This document shows, piece after piece, positions 1-8,457 of a stretch of 47,705 nt of DNA; position 1 is the stretch's first letter; each line of letters starts with the position of its first letter. The DNA comes from an uncultured Candidatus Saccharibacteria bacterium (lineage in GTDB: Bacteria > Patescibacteriota > Minisyncoccia > Minisyncoccales > Paceibacteraceae). The notes under the pieces are model-generated. The model did no database searches and was not told the origin of the DNA. It worked only from the letters and a program-made list of their open reading frames with translations. A program made the position numbers and the translations under genes. Location of the stretch: assembly GCA_964459265.1 (NCBI GenBank), contig CAYWKA010000001.1, positions 46,668 through 94,372 on the forward strand. Direction: 5' to 3'.

Positions 1-206
1 CCTTCCATCCGGCTTTTCCTGGCCACCGCGTCTAAAGCTGAGTAACTACGGACATGGCCAACATGGAGACCGTCCCCTGAAGGATAAGGAAACTCAATCA
101 AAATATACTTTTTGGGTTTCTTGGAAAAGTCCTCTGCCTGGTAGAAATTATTTTCCTCCCAAAGCTTTTGCCACTTGGTTTCAATTTCTTGAGGTTTGTA
201 GTTCAT
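1..206 (-). CDS. leuS: Leucyl-tRNA synthetase, N-terminal fragment (continues beyond window edge)
   Basis: Not in ORF track because no stop lies in the window. Reverse translation from the ATG at 206 gives [69 protein letters not shown]. This shows the typical LeuRS N-terminus and the class I HIGH-type motif HVGH. Confidence 0.85.
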   Translation of the reverse strand, partial: MNYKPQEIETKWQKLWEENNFYQAEDFSKKPKKYILIEFPYPSGDGLHVGHVRSYSALDAVARKSRME

Positions 207-254
207 AGAGGATTTTTAATTTTAGCTTTTTTTTCGGTCTTTGTCTATTTAAAA

Positions 255-292
255 TTAATAAGGGACAGCTACTCAGTAGAATAACTGTCCCC
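255..292 (-). terminator. Putative intrinsic terminator after purC
   Basis: GGGACAG (262-268) pairs with CTGTCCC (285-291), a 7-bp stem. On the minus strand it is followed by the T-rich TTATTAATTTT, and it lies just downstream of the purC stop at 321. Confidence 0.4.
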
Positions 293-320
293 GCATAATA
301 ATATAGATATTTTGTATTTA

Positions 321-1145
321 TCAAATAAACTTTCTGGTCTGCATGGCTACCCACCGGTAGTTTTTCTCAATTGCTCCTAATGCTTCGGTGGTTGTCCTCT
401 TTAGTTCTCTATAAACCTGCTTGTCTTTCATTTCTTCCTTTCTGCCACCAGGCCAGATTCGCCACGAGTCATTATCAATCACATCAGCCACAACTACCTG
501 GTTTAGACTGGTCAAGCCGCATTCAATTTTTAGATCCACTAAGGTAACCCCCAACTTCTTCCAGGCCATCTCTAGGATTAGAAAAGTACGGCAGGTAATA
601 TCAGCTAGCTCGTTAAGTTGGTTCGCTTTAAGAAAGTAACCTGAGGAAAACTCTATATCATCGGGCAACAGATCGTTAAGATATCCTTCAGCCACAGGTT
701 TTTTAGCATCGAAGAGTTCGAAACGCTCTTTGTCTTTATTCCAAATCATCAATGGATCGTGAAGTTCGTCTTTCTTGTAGAAGGGTTCAAAAACGAGCCC
801 TTGAAATATCGTACCCTCAGTTACTTCTGGGTTTCGCTTTAAATAAGAACCTGTAGCAATTCGTCGAGCTACTAATTCAATAGGGATCATCTTAACTTTC
901 CTAGCCAAGAAAACCCTGGAAGTCAACCGAGTAATAAGATGGGTGGGGATACCATTTATTTCTAATAAAGCAAGGCAGTTACAAGTTGTTTCTGTAGAAA
1001 GAACCCCCTTATTCTTGATAACGTCTTTCTTGGCTCCATCCCCAGCGGTTATATCATCCTTGCTCTCAATCCGGACTGCTTCTGGCCAAGTGGTTAACCA
1101 AATGATTTTGGTTTTTCCCTCTGCCAATTTTCCTCTCTGTGTCAT
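321..1145 (-). CDS. purC: SAICAR synthetase (phosphoribosylaminoimidazole-succinocarboxamide synthase)
   Basis: 274 aa with GKTKIIW, DDITAGDG, VDLKIECG and DNDSWRIW family motifs. Strong SD (AGGAGGTG) upstream. Noticeably more GC-rich than the bulk of the window. Confidence 0.9.
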   Translation of the reverse strand: MTQRGKLAEGKTKIIWLTTWPEAVRIESKDDITAGDGAKKDVIKNKGVLSTETTCNCLALLEINGIPTHLITRLTSRVFLARKVKMIPIELVARRIATGSYLKRNPEVTEGTIFQGLVFEPFYKKDELHDPLMIWNKDKERFELFDAKKPVAEGYLNDLLPDDIEFSSGYFLKANQLNELADITCRTFLILEMAWKKLGVTLVDLKIECGLTSLNQVVVADVIDNDSWRIWPGGRKEEMKDKQVYRELKRTTTEALGAIEKNYRWVAMQTRKFI

Positions 1146-1146
1146 C

Positions 1147-1677
1147 TCACACCTCCTTTTTTCTGCTCTTTATATAAGCTAGCTGTGGGTCTTTCCGAGT
1201 GATGCTGTAGTAATCAACAAGGCCATCCCTCATCTCTTTTCCTCTTTCATTATCGCTAGCTGCCAGTATCTGAACAGCGAACAAAGCAGCATTCCTCAAA
1301 CCAACCTTACCCACGCCAGTGCATCCTACGGGACAACCCGCTGGCGCTCTGGTTATTGAGAGGATGGCATCTAGGGCATCAGGGAAATCATCTGACGGGA
1401 GAGGAACACCAATAACTGGTGGAATATATTTTGCAATAGCAGCTATACTACCAGGCAGACGGGCAACCATTCCAGCACCGGCAATGAAAGTCCTTACCCC
1501 GTTTTGCAAAGCTTCCTCGCAATGGCCTTTAAGTATCCCGGGGTTCCGGTCAGCTGAAATAACTGATGCTTTATAGCTAACTCCGCATCGTTTTAAAACC
1601 TCAAACATTCCTGCTTCTTCTAGCAATGAACGATCGGTTTTGCTTCCTATTATAATATCCACTATTCGCTTACCCAT
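1147..1677 (-). CDS. purE: PurE-family (AIR carboxylase / N5-CAIR mutase fold) protein with substituted catalytic histidines
   Basis: 176 aa. It has GSKTD (for GSKSD), IAGAG...LPG...VIGVP and the C-terminal NAALFAVQILA motifs of PurE. However, SAHR is SADR and AAHLPG is VARLPG. SD AAGGAGG upstream. Confidence 0.75.
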   Translation of the reverse strand: MGKRIVDIIIGSKTDRSLLEEAGMFEVLKRCGVSYKASVISADRNPGILKGHCEEALQNGVRTFIAGAGMVARLPGSIAAIAKYIPPVIGVPLPSDDFPDALDAILSITRAPAGCPVGCTGVGKVGLRNAALFAVQILAASDNERGKEMRDGLVDYYSITRKDPQLAYIKSRKKEV

Positions 1678-1702
1678 GTTACATTGCCTCCTTTCTACTA
1701 CC

Positions 1703-3013
1703 TTAAATTCCGAAGCGGGCGAAAATTTGGGGAATGTTTTTGAGATAATGATCAGATCTCAGACAGTTATCGATTTCTTCATTGGTCAACAGCGCAGTAA
1801 TTCTGGAATCTGCTTTAAGCTTTGCTGCAAAATCTTCTCTGCGCTCCCAGGTCTCCTGTGCTACCTTCTGGACAAGAAGACGAGCGTCCTCCCTGCCCAT
1901 GCCTTTTTTCGTCAAAGCAAGCATCACGTTTTCGGAGAATATCACGCCCTTTGTCAGGACAAGATTTTCCAGCATCCGCTTCGTGTTCACCTTCAATCCT
2001 GTCATTATCTGGTTGAACAGACGAAGATTATAATAAGTCAGCATCAGCGAAAGCGGAATAGTAAACCTTTCATTAGCTGATTCATCCAATGACCTCTCGT
2101 GCCACTGAAGAGCTTGGTTTTCTCCGGCGACAATGGTAAATGCCCGGACTAATCGGGCCAAAGAGCAGACCCTCTCTGACTTATTTGGATTCCTTTTGTG
2201 GGGCATAGCCGATGACCCGCCGCCTTTACTGAATGGCTCTTCTATTTCGCCAATCTCCGTCTGTTGGAGGAGACGGATATTTGTTGCAAATCTTTCCAGA
2301 GAGTTGTTAATAGAAGCCAAAGCGGTAAGGAAATTATAATGCCGGTCGCGGCTAAGGATTTGGGTTGATATCTGGGCTGACTGAATGCCAAGTTTCTTAC
2401 AAACAATTACCTCAATCTTCGGATCAATGTTTGCGTAATTACCAACCGCTCCGGAAATCTTACCTACTGCCACTGCCAGCTCTTTATCTTCCAGATTTTC
2501 AAGTCCGCGCTGCAACTCGTCATACCAGTTTAGAATCTTAAGACCGAAGGTTATGGGTTCCGCCTGGACGCCATGGGTCCGACCGATCTCTCGAGCATAC
2601 TCGTACATCTCAGCTATACTTTCCAGTGTATTAATTAAATCCAGCGCCGCCGTTTTAATCAGTAGAAACGATTTTTTAATTTGGCGAGCCCGACTTGGCT
2701 CCCAAATATCATAGGAGGTAATACCGCCATGCCAAAAGGGTCTTACTTCGTCCGGCAAGGACTTTTTAACCACAGTGGAAAAGCTGACCATCTCCTGGTC
2801 CTTGGCAGCGTCCTCTTTGTCTATCTCCCGAACTGTAAACTTGGCGCTAGCCCGGGTCTTTGCCGCAATCCCTACAGGTATTAATTTAAGTTCTTCTTTT
2901 GCTTTTAAAATCGTTACCTCAACTAAAAGCCACGAGTTGTACCTTGCTTTTTTACCCCAGATTGCTCTCATTTCGGGTAAAATATACTTTTCGAGTTCCA
3001 ACATTTTTATCAC
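1703..3013 (-). CDS. purB: Adenylosuccinate lyase
   Basis: 436 aa with the fumarate-lyase signature GGGSSAMPHKRNP and a typical PurB N-terminus and length. Confidence 0.92.
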   Translation of the reverse strand: MIKMLELEKYILPEMRAIWGKKARYNSWLLVEVTILKAKEELKLIPVGIAAKTRASAKFTVREIDKEDAAKDQEMVSFSTVVKKSLPDEVRPFWHGGITSYDIWEPSRARQIKKSFLLIKTAALDLINTLESIAEMYEYAREIGRTHGVQAEPITFGLKILNWYDELQRGLENLEDKELAVAVGKISGAVGNYANIDPKIEVIVCKKLGIQSAQISTQILSRDRHYNFLTALASINNSLERFATNIRLLQQTEIGEIEEPFSKGGGSSAMPHKRNPNKSERVCSLARLVRAFTIVAGENQALQWHERSLDESANERFTIPLSLMLTYYNLRLFNQIMTGLKVNTKRMLENLVLTKGVIFSENVMLALTKKGMGREDARLLVQKVAQETWERREDFAAKLKADSRITALLTNEEIDNCLRSDHYLKNIPQIFARFGI

Positions 3014-3143
3014 CTCTTTCTGTTATTTTTTTATTTGGAAGGAACTGATTTACTCACTAAAGAGCTATAAAAAAGAGGGTTGTTCCTCCTTTAACCCTCC
3101 TTTTTGAAAATATCAAATTTTAAAAGTTTGTCAAAGTGTTATT

Positions 3144-3989
3144 TTAAGACAATCTGAATAATTTTTGGGCATTTTCTGTGGTAATCCTCGATATTTCTTC
3201 ATAGTTTATCTTTTTAATTTTAGCAATTTTCTCGGCTGCATATTTTAGACATAGAGGCTCATTCCTCTGATTTTCAAAAGGTGGTGGAGCTAAATATGGA
3301 CAATCGGTTTCTATTAAAATTTTATCTAAAGGTGTCTGTTTGATACTTTCTTCAAAATTTATTCCTTCAATATTCTTAAAGATTATTCCATTAAACCCAA
3401 TGTAAAATCCAAAATCTAAATATTTTTGAAGCTCTTCTAAGGTTCCGACGAAACCATGAGCTACAGCTTTTTCTGGCCTTATGTCGGAATTATTAGACAA
3501 AAAACCAGTTAAATCTTGATGGGCCATGCGGCAATGAAAGATGACCGGTAAATTTAATTCCTTAGCTAACCTTAACTGTTTTGAAAGTTCTTCTTTTTGT
3601 TTCTCTTTAAACAACTCTAATTTTCTTTTGGTTTTTGGTTTCCAATAGTAATCCAGGCCAGTTTCACCAATAGCTACCACCTTCTTGCTTCTTGCTAACT
3701 CTTTATATTTTTCATAATCAAAACTTTCTTCTCTGGAATTAAAAGCAATCTCTTCTTTGTCTATTTTCATTCTCACCAATCCGGCGTTCAAATGAAGGGG
3801 ATGTAAACCAATGGCAGCGTAAACCCCTTTTTCGTACTTCTCTGCAATCTCTACGGCTTTTTTACTGGTGTCATATTGGGTGCCAACGTTAATCACCCAG
3901 ATATCATTTTCCAAAGTTCTTTTAATAACTCCGTCAGCATCTGTTTTGTACGCGTTGAAATTAATATGGGCATGAGTATCAATTAACAT
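3144..3989 (-). CDS. tatD: TatD-family metal-dependent hydrolase/DNase
   Basis: 281 aa. Starts MLIDTHAHINF, with the HxH metal motif and later HCR...H and ETDCPYL motifs of TatD. Confidence 0.85.
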   Translation of the reverse strand: MLIDTHAHINFNAYKTDADGVIKRTLENDIWVINVGTQYDTSKKAVEIAEKYEKGVYAAIGLHPLHLNAGLVRMKIDKEEIAFNSREESFDYEKYKELARSKKVVAIGETGLDYYWKPKTKRKLELFKEKQKEELSKQLRLAKELNLPVIFHCRMAHQDLTGFLSNNSDIRPEKAVAHGFVGTLEELQKYLDFGFYIGFNGIIFKNIEGINFEESIKQTPLDKILIETDCPYLAPPPFENQRNEPLCLKYAAEKIAKIKKINYEEISRITTENAQKLFRLS

Positions 3990-5440
3990 CAGACTTTTGG
4001 AAAGATTGGTTTACTTTTTTGCGTTTTTAGTTGTCTAAAAATTTTCTCAGAAGTTTCTGGTAAAAAGGGCTGCAGCATCTCGGCGATGTTGCTAATGGCA
4101 AATAATAAATTGCTGATAACTTCTTTTTGATTTTTACTCTTTTCCCAGGGTCGTTCTTTTTCAATATATTTATCGCAAAAACTAATTAATTCCCAAACTG
4201 CAATCAGAACTTCATTAAACCTAAAGTTATCCAGCGCTTTTTTGTGTTTTCTCCAAGTTTTATCTGTTTGGATTTTGAATTTTGGATTTTGTCCGCCAAC
4301 TGGCAGATTAGATTTCGGAATTTGGAATTTAAAATTTTTCGCCATAGTTATTACTCTAGCCACCAAATTTCCCAGCCCCTTAGCTAAATCACTGTTATAT
4401 CTCGCCTCAAACTTTTGATAAGTAAAATCGCCGTCATTAGTCGGGGGAATTTCCCGCAAAAGAAAATATCTAACTGGATCTGTTCCGTATTTTTCAACCA
4501 ACTCGAGGGGCTCAACTATATTGCCTAACGATTTGGACATTTTTTGACCATCAACCGTAATAAACCCGTGGATAAACATCTTTTTTGGCAAAGATAATTT
4601 TAAGGAAAGCAGCATGCCTGGCCAAATTAGACAATGGAATTTCTGGATATCTTTACCAAGACAATGAACATCTGCCGGCCAATATTTTTTAAAACTCTTC
4701 TTGTTATCGGCATAACCAATGAGTGAAATGTAATTTATCAGGGCGTCTGCCCAACAGTAGATTGTTTGGTTATTATCATCGGGTACTGCAATCCCCCACT
4801 TTAAATCTTTTCTTGGTCGGGAAAAACTAATATCTTCTAATCCTTTTTTAGCAAAGTTTAACATTTCATTTTTGCGGGTCTGAGGAATTATTCTAATCTG
4901 GTTATCTCTAATAATCTTTTCGATTTCTTTTGAATATTTTGAAAGACGAAAGAAGTAATTTTCCTCCTCAATCGCTTGCGGAACCTTTTGATGGATTTTG
5001 CATTTACCATCAATCAGGTCTTTTTTCGTAATAAACGCTTCGCAACCAACACAATATAAACCTTTATATTTCTTTTTATAAATGTCGCCGTTTGCTTTTA
5101 GCTTCAACCAGACTTTCTTTACTGCCGGCCAATGCCGGGTTTTATCGGTGGTGCGGATAAAATCATTGTTTGATATGTTTAAAATTTTTGTTAGCTTTTT
5201 AAATTTGGCTGAAATTTCGTTGCTGAACACCTCTGGCGATTTCTTATTTTCTGCAGCTGCTTCGGCAACCTTCCGGCCATGTTCGTCTGTACCGGTTAAG
5301 AAAAAAACTTCTTCATTTAAGAGACGATGATGTCTCGTTAAAACGTCTGCCTGAATTAATTCTAAAGCAAACCCTATATGGGGCGGAGCGTTGGTATAAG
5401 CGATACTGGTTGTGATATAAAATTTCTTCTTCTTTTTCAT
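3989..5440 (-). CDS. metG: Methionyl-tRNA synthetase (short form, no C-terminal tRNA-binding appendix)
   Basis: 483 aa with KFYITTSIAYTNAPPHIGFALE (HIGH region), YWPADVHCLGKDI and KMSKSLGN. Contains the repeat-derived segment FKFQIPKSNLPVGGQNPKFKIQ. Confidence 0.92.
   Translation of the reverse strand: MKKKKKFYITTSIAYTNAPPHIGFALELIQADVLTRHHRLLNEEVFFLTGTDEHGRKVAEAAAENKKSPEVFSNEISAKFKKLTKILNISNNDFIRTTDKTRHWPAVKKVWLKLKANGDIYKKKYKGLYCVGCEAFITKKDLIDGKCKIHQKVPQAIEEENYFFRLSKYSKEIEKIIRDNQIRIIPQTRKNEMLNFAKKGLEDISFSRPRKDLKWGIAVPDDNNQTIYCWADALINYISLIGYADNKKSFKKYWPADVHCLGKDIQKFHCLIWPGMLLSLKLSLPKKMFIHGFITVDGQKMSKSLGNIVEPLELVEKYGTDPVRYFLLREIPPTNDGDFTYQKFEARYNSDLAKGLGNLVARVITMAKNFKFQIPKSNLPVGGQNPKFKIQTDKTWRKHKKALDNFRFNEVLIAVWELISFCDKYIEKERPWEKSKNQKEVISNLLFAISNIAEMLQPFLPETSEKIFRQLKTQKSKPIFPKV
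4269..4334. repeat. Palindrome-cored intragenic repeat, copy 1 (degenerate core TCCGCCAACTGGCAGA at 4292-4307)
   Basis: The core differs at 2 positions from the 16-nt palindrome TCCGCCAGCTGGCGGA. It is flanked by GGATTTTG/GGAATTTG-type arms and aligns over about 48 nt with copy 3 (41710-41756). It lies in frame in metG. Confidence 0.7.
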
Positions 5441-6120
5441 TGTTTCCCGACAATAACTACGAATTCTCCTTTTATTTTTCCGCCAGCTGGCGGATTTTCT
5501 ATTTCTTTAATTGCCTCTTCAATTTTCCCCCGATAAATTGTTTCAAACTTTTTGGTTAATTCCCGGCAAACCACAACTGATAATTTATTATTCATATTAC
5601 TTAACTCAGTTAAGGTTTTTATTATCCTATAAGGAGACTCGTAGAAAATTACCGGATATTTTGAATTAATAATTTCTTCGAAAAACTTTTTTCTTTTCTT
5701 TTTTACTGGTGGAAAACCTAAAAAAATAAATTTATCCATCGGTAAACCAGAAACGCTGACTGCCGCAGTTACAGCTGAAGGACCGGGGACAGGAATAATG
5801 GTTAAATCGTTGTAGCGTTCCATTGTTAAACTAATAAGTTTATTCCCCGGATCGGAAATTCCCGGAGTACCGGCATCAGACACCAAAGCTAAGTTTTTAC
5901 CTTTTCCTAACTGTTCTAAAATATAATCTATTTTTTTTAGTTTACTATGTTGGTGATAGCTAAGAGTCGAAGTTTTTATCTGATAACGGTCTAATAACTT
6001 TTTGGTTACTCTGGTATCTTCGCACAAAATTAAATCAACCTCCGATAAGATACGGAGGGCTCTTTTGGAAATGTCTTCCAAATTTCCAATAGGGGTAGCG
6101 ACAATATAAAGAATAGGCAT
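5437..6120 (-). CDS. rsmI: 16S rRNA (cytidine1402-2'-O)-methyltransferase
   Basis: 227 aa with LYIVATPIGNLEDIS...CEDTR at the N-terminus and the SDAGTPGISDPG tetrapyrrole-methylase-fold motif. 4-nt overlap with metG. Confidence 0.9.
   Translation of the reverse strand: MPILYIVATPIGNLEDISKRALRILSEVDLILCEDTRVTKKLLDRYQIKTSTLSYHQHSKLKKIDYILEQLGKGKNLALVSDAGTPGISDPGNKLISLTMERYNDLTIIPVPGPSAVTAAVSVSGLPMDKFIFLGFPPVKKKRKKFFEEIINSKYPVIFYESPYRIIKTLTELSNMNNKLSVVVCRELTKKFETIYRGKIEEAIKEIENPPAGGKIKGEFVVIVGKQ
5479..5494. repeat. Palindrome-cored intragenic repeat, copy 2 (perfect 16-nt palindrome TCCGCCAGCTGGCGGA)
   Basis: Exact 16-mer identical to 41724-41739. It is read on the minus strand as N-P-P-A-G-G in RsmI, with a GGATTTTC arm on one side. 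Confidence 0.75.
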
Positions 6121-6121
6121 T

Positions 6122-7195
6122 TTAGAATATTATTCGTTTTTCCGGGCTCCGTCTTGGCAGAGAAGGAGAAGACGAAGAAATTTCTGCTTCTTTTTTTCTT
6201 TTCAAGAAATCTCTTAAAAACTCATAAATCACTCCAGCTAAAGGTATAGCTAAAATCGCTCCTAAGATTCCCAGAAGTTTCCCCCCGATTGCTAAGGAAA
6301 TTAAAACTAAAACCGGCGGTAAACCAACAAATCTTTTAGTCAAGACCGGAGAAATAATATTACCTTCAATTTGCTGAATTAAAATAAAGACAACTAAAAC
6401 AAGAAGGGCTTTCCACCAAGAATCCAGAGCAACAAAAACAAAAGCAATAAGCCCGGCTATAATTGGGCCCAGTACCGGAATAAAATCTAAAATTCCAGCT
6501 AAAAGAGCTAGAATGAAAGCATATTTTACACTAAACAACTTAAGGGTAATTAAAACTGTGACCCCAACAAAAAAACAAGTTAAAACTCTGGCCCCGAACC
6601 AGCCGGCAACTTTATTTTGAGACCTCTCCCAAACAGATAAGATATTAGTTTCGTATTTCTTGGGAGACAAAATTCCTAAAACCCTTTCTACTCCCCCTTC
6701 TTCCAAAGACACAAAAAGAGCAATGGCTAAAACAAAAATAGTTGAACCAATTCCGCCAAAAATAATAGCCAAAGCTGATATAATATCAGCCGAGGCCTTC
6801 TGGAGCATTTGGCCAATAGCCAAAGTGAAACTTTCCATGCTTTCAAAAGCTTCAACGCCTAATTCTCTAAGAGGAGGAGCAATTCTTTCAAAGTATTGAG
6901 GAAAAAGCTTAGAGAATTGCTGGATTTCGGAAATAAACATGGGAGCGGTAGCATAAATAAGCATGCCGATAACTCCGAATATAACCAAATAAACAAAAAT
7001 TGTCGCCAACACTCGAGGAAGACGTAAACGTTGTAAAAAATTAATAGCTGGATTGAATAAAACTGAAATGATTAAAGCAAAAGCGACCCAAACTAAAACA
7101 TCTCTTACCAAGTAAATAATGTAAAAACAAAGAAGGGCTAAGGATGTTTTCAAAATTGTGCTCCAAGAAATATCTAAAACGCGTTCACCGTTCAT
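6122..7195 (-). CDS. AI-2E family transporter (UPF0118/PerM-like membrane protein)
   Basis: 357 aa with about 8 predicted TM segments. Typical AI-2E features: a central soluble insert and the C-terminal motif QQIEGNIISP...GL. Confidence 0.8.
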   Translation of the reverse strand: MNGERVLDISWSTILKTSLALLCFYIIYLVRDVLVWVAFALIISVLFNPAINFLQRLRLPRVLATIFVYLVIFGVIGMLIYATAPMFISEIQQFSKLFPQYFERIAPPLRELGVEAFESMESFTLAIGQMLQKASADIISALAIIFGGIGSTIFVLAIALFVSLEEGGVERVLGILSPKKYETNILSVWERSQNKVAGWFGARVLTCFFVGVTVLITLKLFSVKYAFILALLAGILDFIPVLGPIIAGLIAFVFVALDSWWKALLVLVVFILIQQIEGNIISPVLTKRFVGLPPVLVLISLAIGGKLLGILGAILAIPLAGVIYEFLRDFLKRKKEAEISSSSPSLPRRSPEKRIIF

Positions 7196-8457
7196 AATTT
7201 TAATAACTTTTCAAATTTTTCTTTATCTTTAAATGGGCCAATGAGGGCTAAATTTAATTTTTGGGGCTGAAAAATATCTTTGGCTACTTTTAGAATATCA
7301 TTTATAGAAACTTTATCAATTTTCTTAAAAATTTCTTCGGAGGTTAAAATTTTATTTTCTAACAGCTCTTGGCCGGCATAAAAAGCGGCTTGAGCATCTG
7401 AGGACTCTAATTCTAAAGCGGTTTTCCCTTTTATATATTCTTTAGCTTTTTTAAGTTCTTTAGCAGGAATTCTTTTTTGAGAAATTTTTCTATATTCTCT
7501 CAAAATAACAGAGATCGCCCTTTCCACATTTTTGTTATCTACCCCAGCTTGAGTGGTTAAATGGCCAGTATCAGGGTTGGAATCAATGTTGGTTTTTATA
7601 TAATAAGCTATTCCTAGTTTTTCCCGCACTTCTATAAATAATCTTGAACTCATCATTCCCCCTAAGATTACTCCTAAAATCTCCTGGGCAAATTTTTGGG
7701 GGTGAAAAAGATTATAAGCTCTTACCCCCAAGGCCAAATGGGCTTGGTCGGTCTTTTTGGGTTGCAAAAGGATTTGAGGTTTATTTTGCTTTTCAATCAC
7801 TGAAGGTTTTGCTTTAGATTTTTTTGTACTTATCTTAGAAAAATATTTTTTTACTTTAGAGATAGCTTCTTTTTCTTTAATTTTTCCAGCCAGACAAACA
7901 ATAGTATTCGAAGCTACATATTGGTTCTTCATATAATTTAAAAGTTCTTGCTGGGTCATTTTAATTATATTTTCCTTGGTCCCAAAAAGAGGTCGGCCAG
8001 CCGGCTGATCGCCGTAGATAAGTTGATTCCATAAAATTCCGATGTAGAACATAGGATGGTCATAATACATATTAATTTCTTCAATAATCACGCCCCTTTC
8101 TTTTTTAATTTCTTTTTTAGGCAACAAGCTGTTTAAATAAATATCTGATATCCAATCCAAAGCTAACTCAGTATAAGAAACGGCAACTTTGGCAAAATAG
8201 CCAGTATATTCTTCACCGGTAAAAGCGTTGTAAATTCCGCCAATTTTATCTAAGGTTTCAACCACTGCTAAAGGAGTTGGTCTTTTTTTTGTGCCTTTAA
8301 AATACATATGTTCCAGAAAATGGGAAATACCGTTATTCTCTTTGGTTTCGTATTTTGAACCAGTCCCCACTAATATTAAAGCGGTTACTGCCTGAGTACT
8401 TTTTTGAGGAATGGTAATGATCCTTAAACCATTTTTTAGAGTTGTTTTTTTATACAT
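7192..8457 (-). CDS. M16-family (pitrilysin/insulinase-like) zinc peptidase
   Basis: 421 aa with the inverted zinc motif HFLEHMYFKGT (HxxEH) near the N-terminus, followed by the typical inactive-like second half. Confidence 0.85.
   Translation of the reverse strand: MYKKTTLKNGLRIITIPQKSTQAVTALILVGTGSKYETKENNGISHFLEHMYFKGTKKRPTPLAVVETLDKIGGIYNAFTGEEYTGYFAKVAVSYTELALDWISDIYLNSLLPKKEIKKERGVIIEEINMYYDHPMFYIGILWNQLIYGDQPAGRPLFGTKENIIKMTQQELLNYMKNQYVASNTIVCLAGKIKEKEAISKVKKYFSKISTKKSKAKPSVIEKQNKPQILLQPKKTDQAHLALGVRAYNLFHPQKFAQEILGVILGGMMSSRLFIEVREKLGIAYYIKTNIDSNPDTGHLTTQAGVDNKNVERAISVILREYRKISQKRIPAKELKKAKEYIKGKTALELESSDAQAAFYAGQELLENKILTSEEIFKKIDKVSINDILKVAKDIFQPQKLNLALIGPFKDKEKFEKLLKL

Noticed and set aside
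421-639. Numerous 60-146-aa ORFs in the track that lie antisense to or out of frame within large conserved genes. Examples: 421-639, 943-1182, 1319-1576, 1640-2080, 2775-3107, 6660-6899, 10507-10743, 12594-12893, 13215-13541, 15529-15714, 15862-16167, 21329-21655, 37134-37337 and 43662-43922.
   Set aside because: Each is fully contained in a longer ORF with clear family motifs on the other strand or frame. Their translations are low-complexity, and no RBS or independent signal is visible, so they are treated as shadow ORFs.
4671-4683. 12-mer CTGCCGGCCAAT recurring at about 4672, 5122 and 14035
   Set aside because: All three copies are read in the same frame as Trp-Pro-Ala within aaRS motifs (YWPADVH, HWPAVKK, DWPAANK). 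This is most simply explained by a protein-level motif plus codon choice, although a short GC-rich element cannot be fully excluded.
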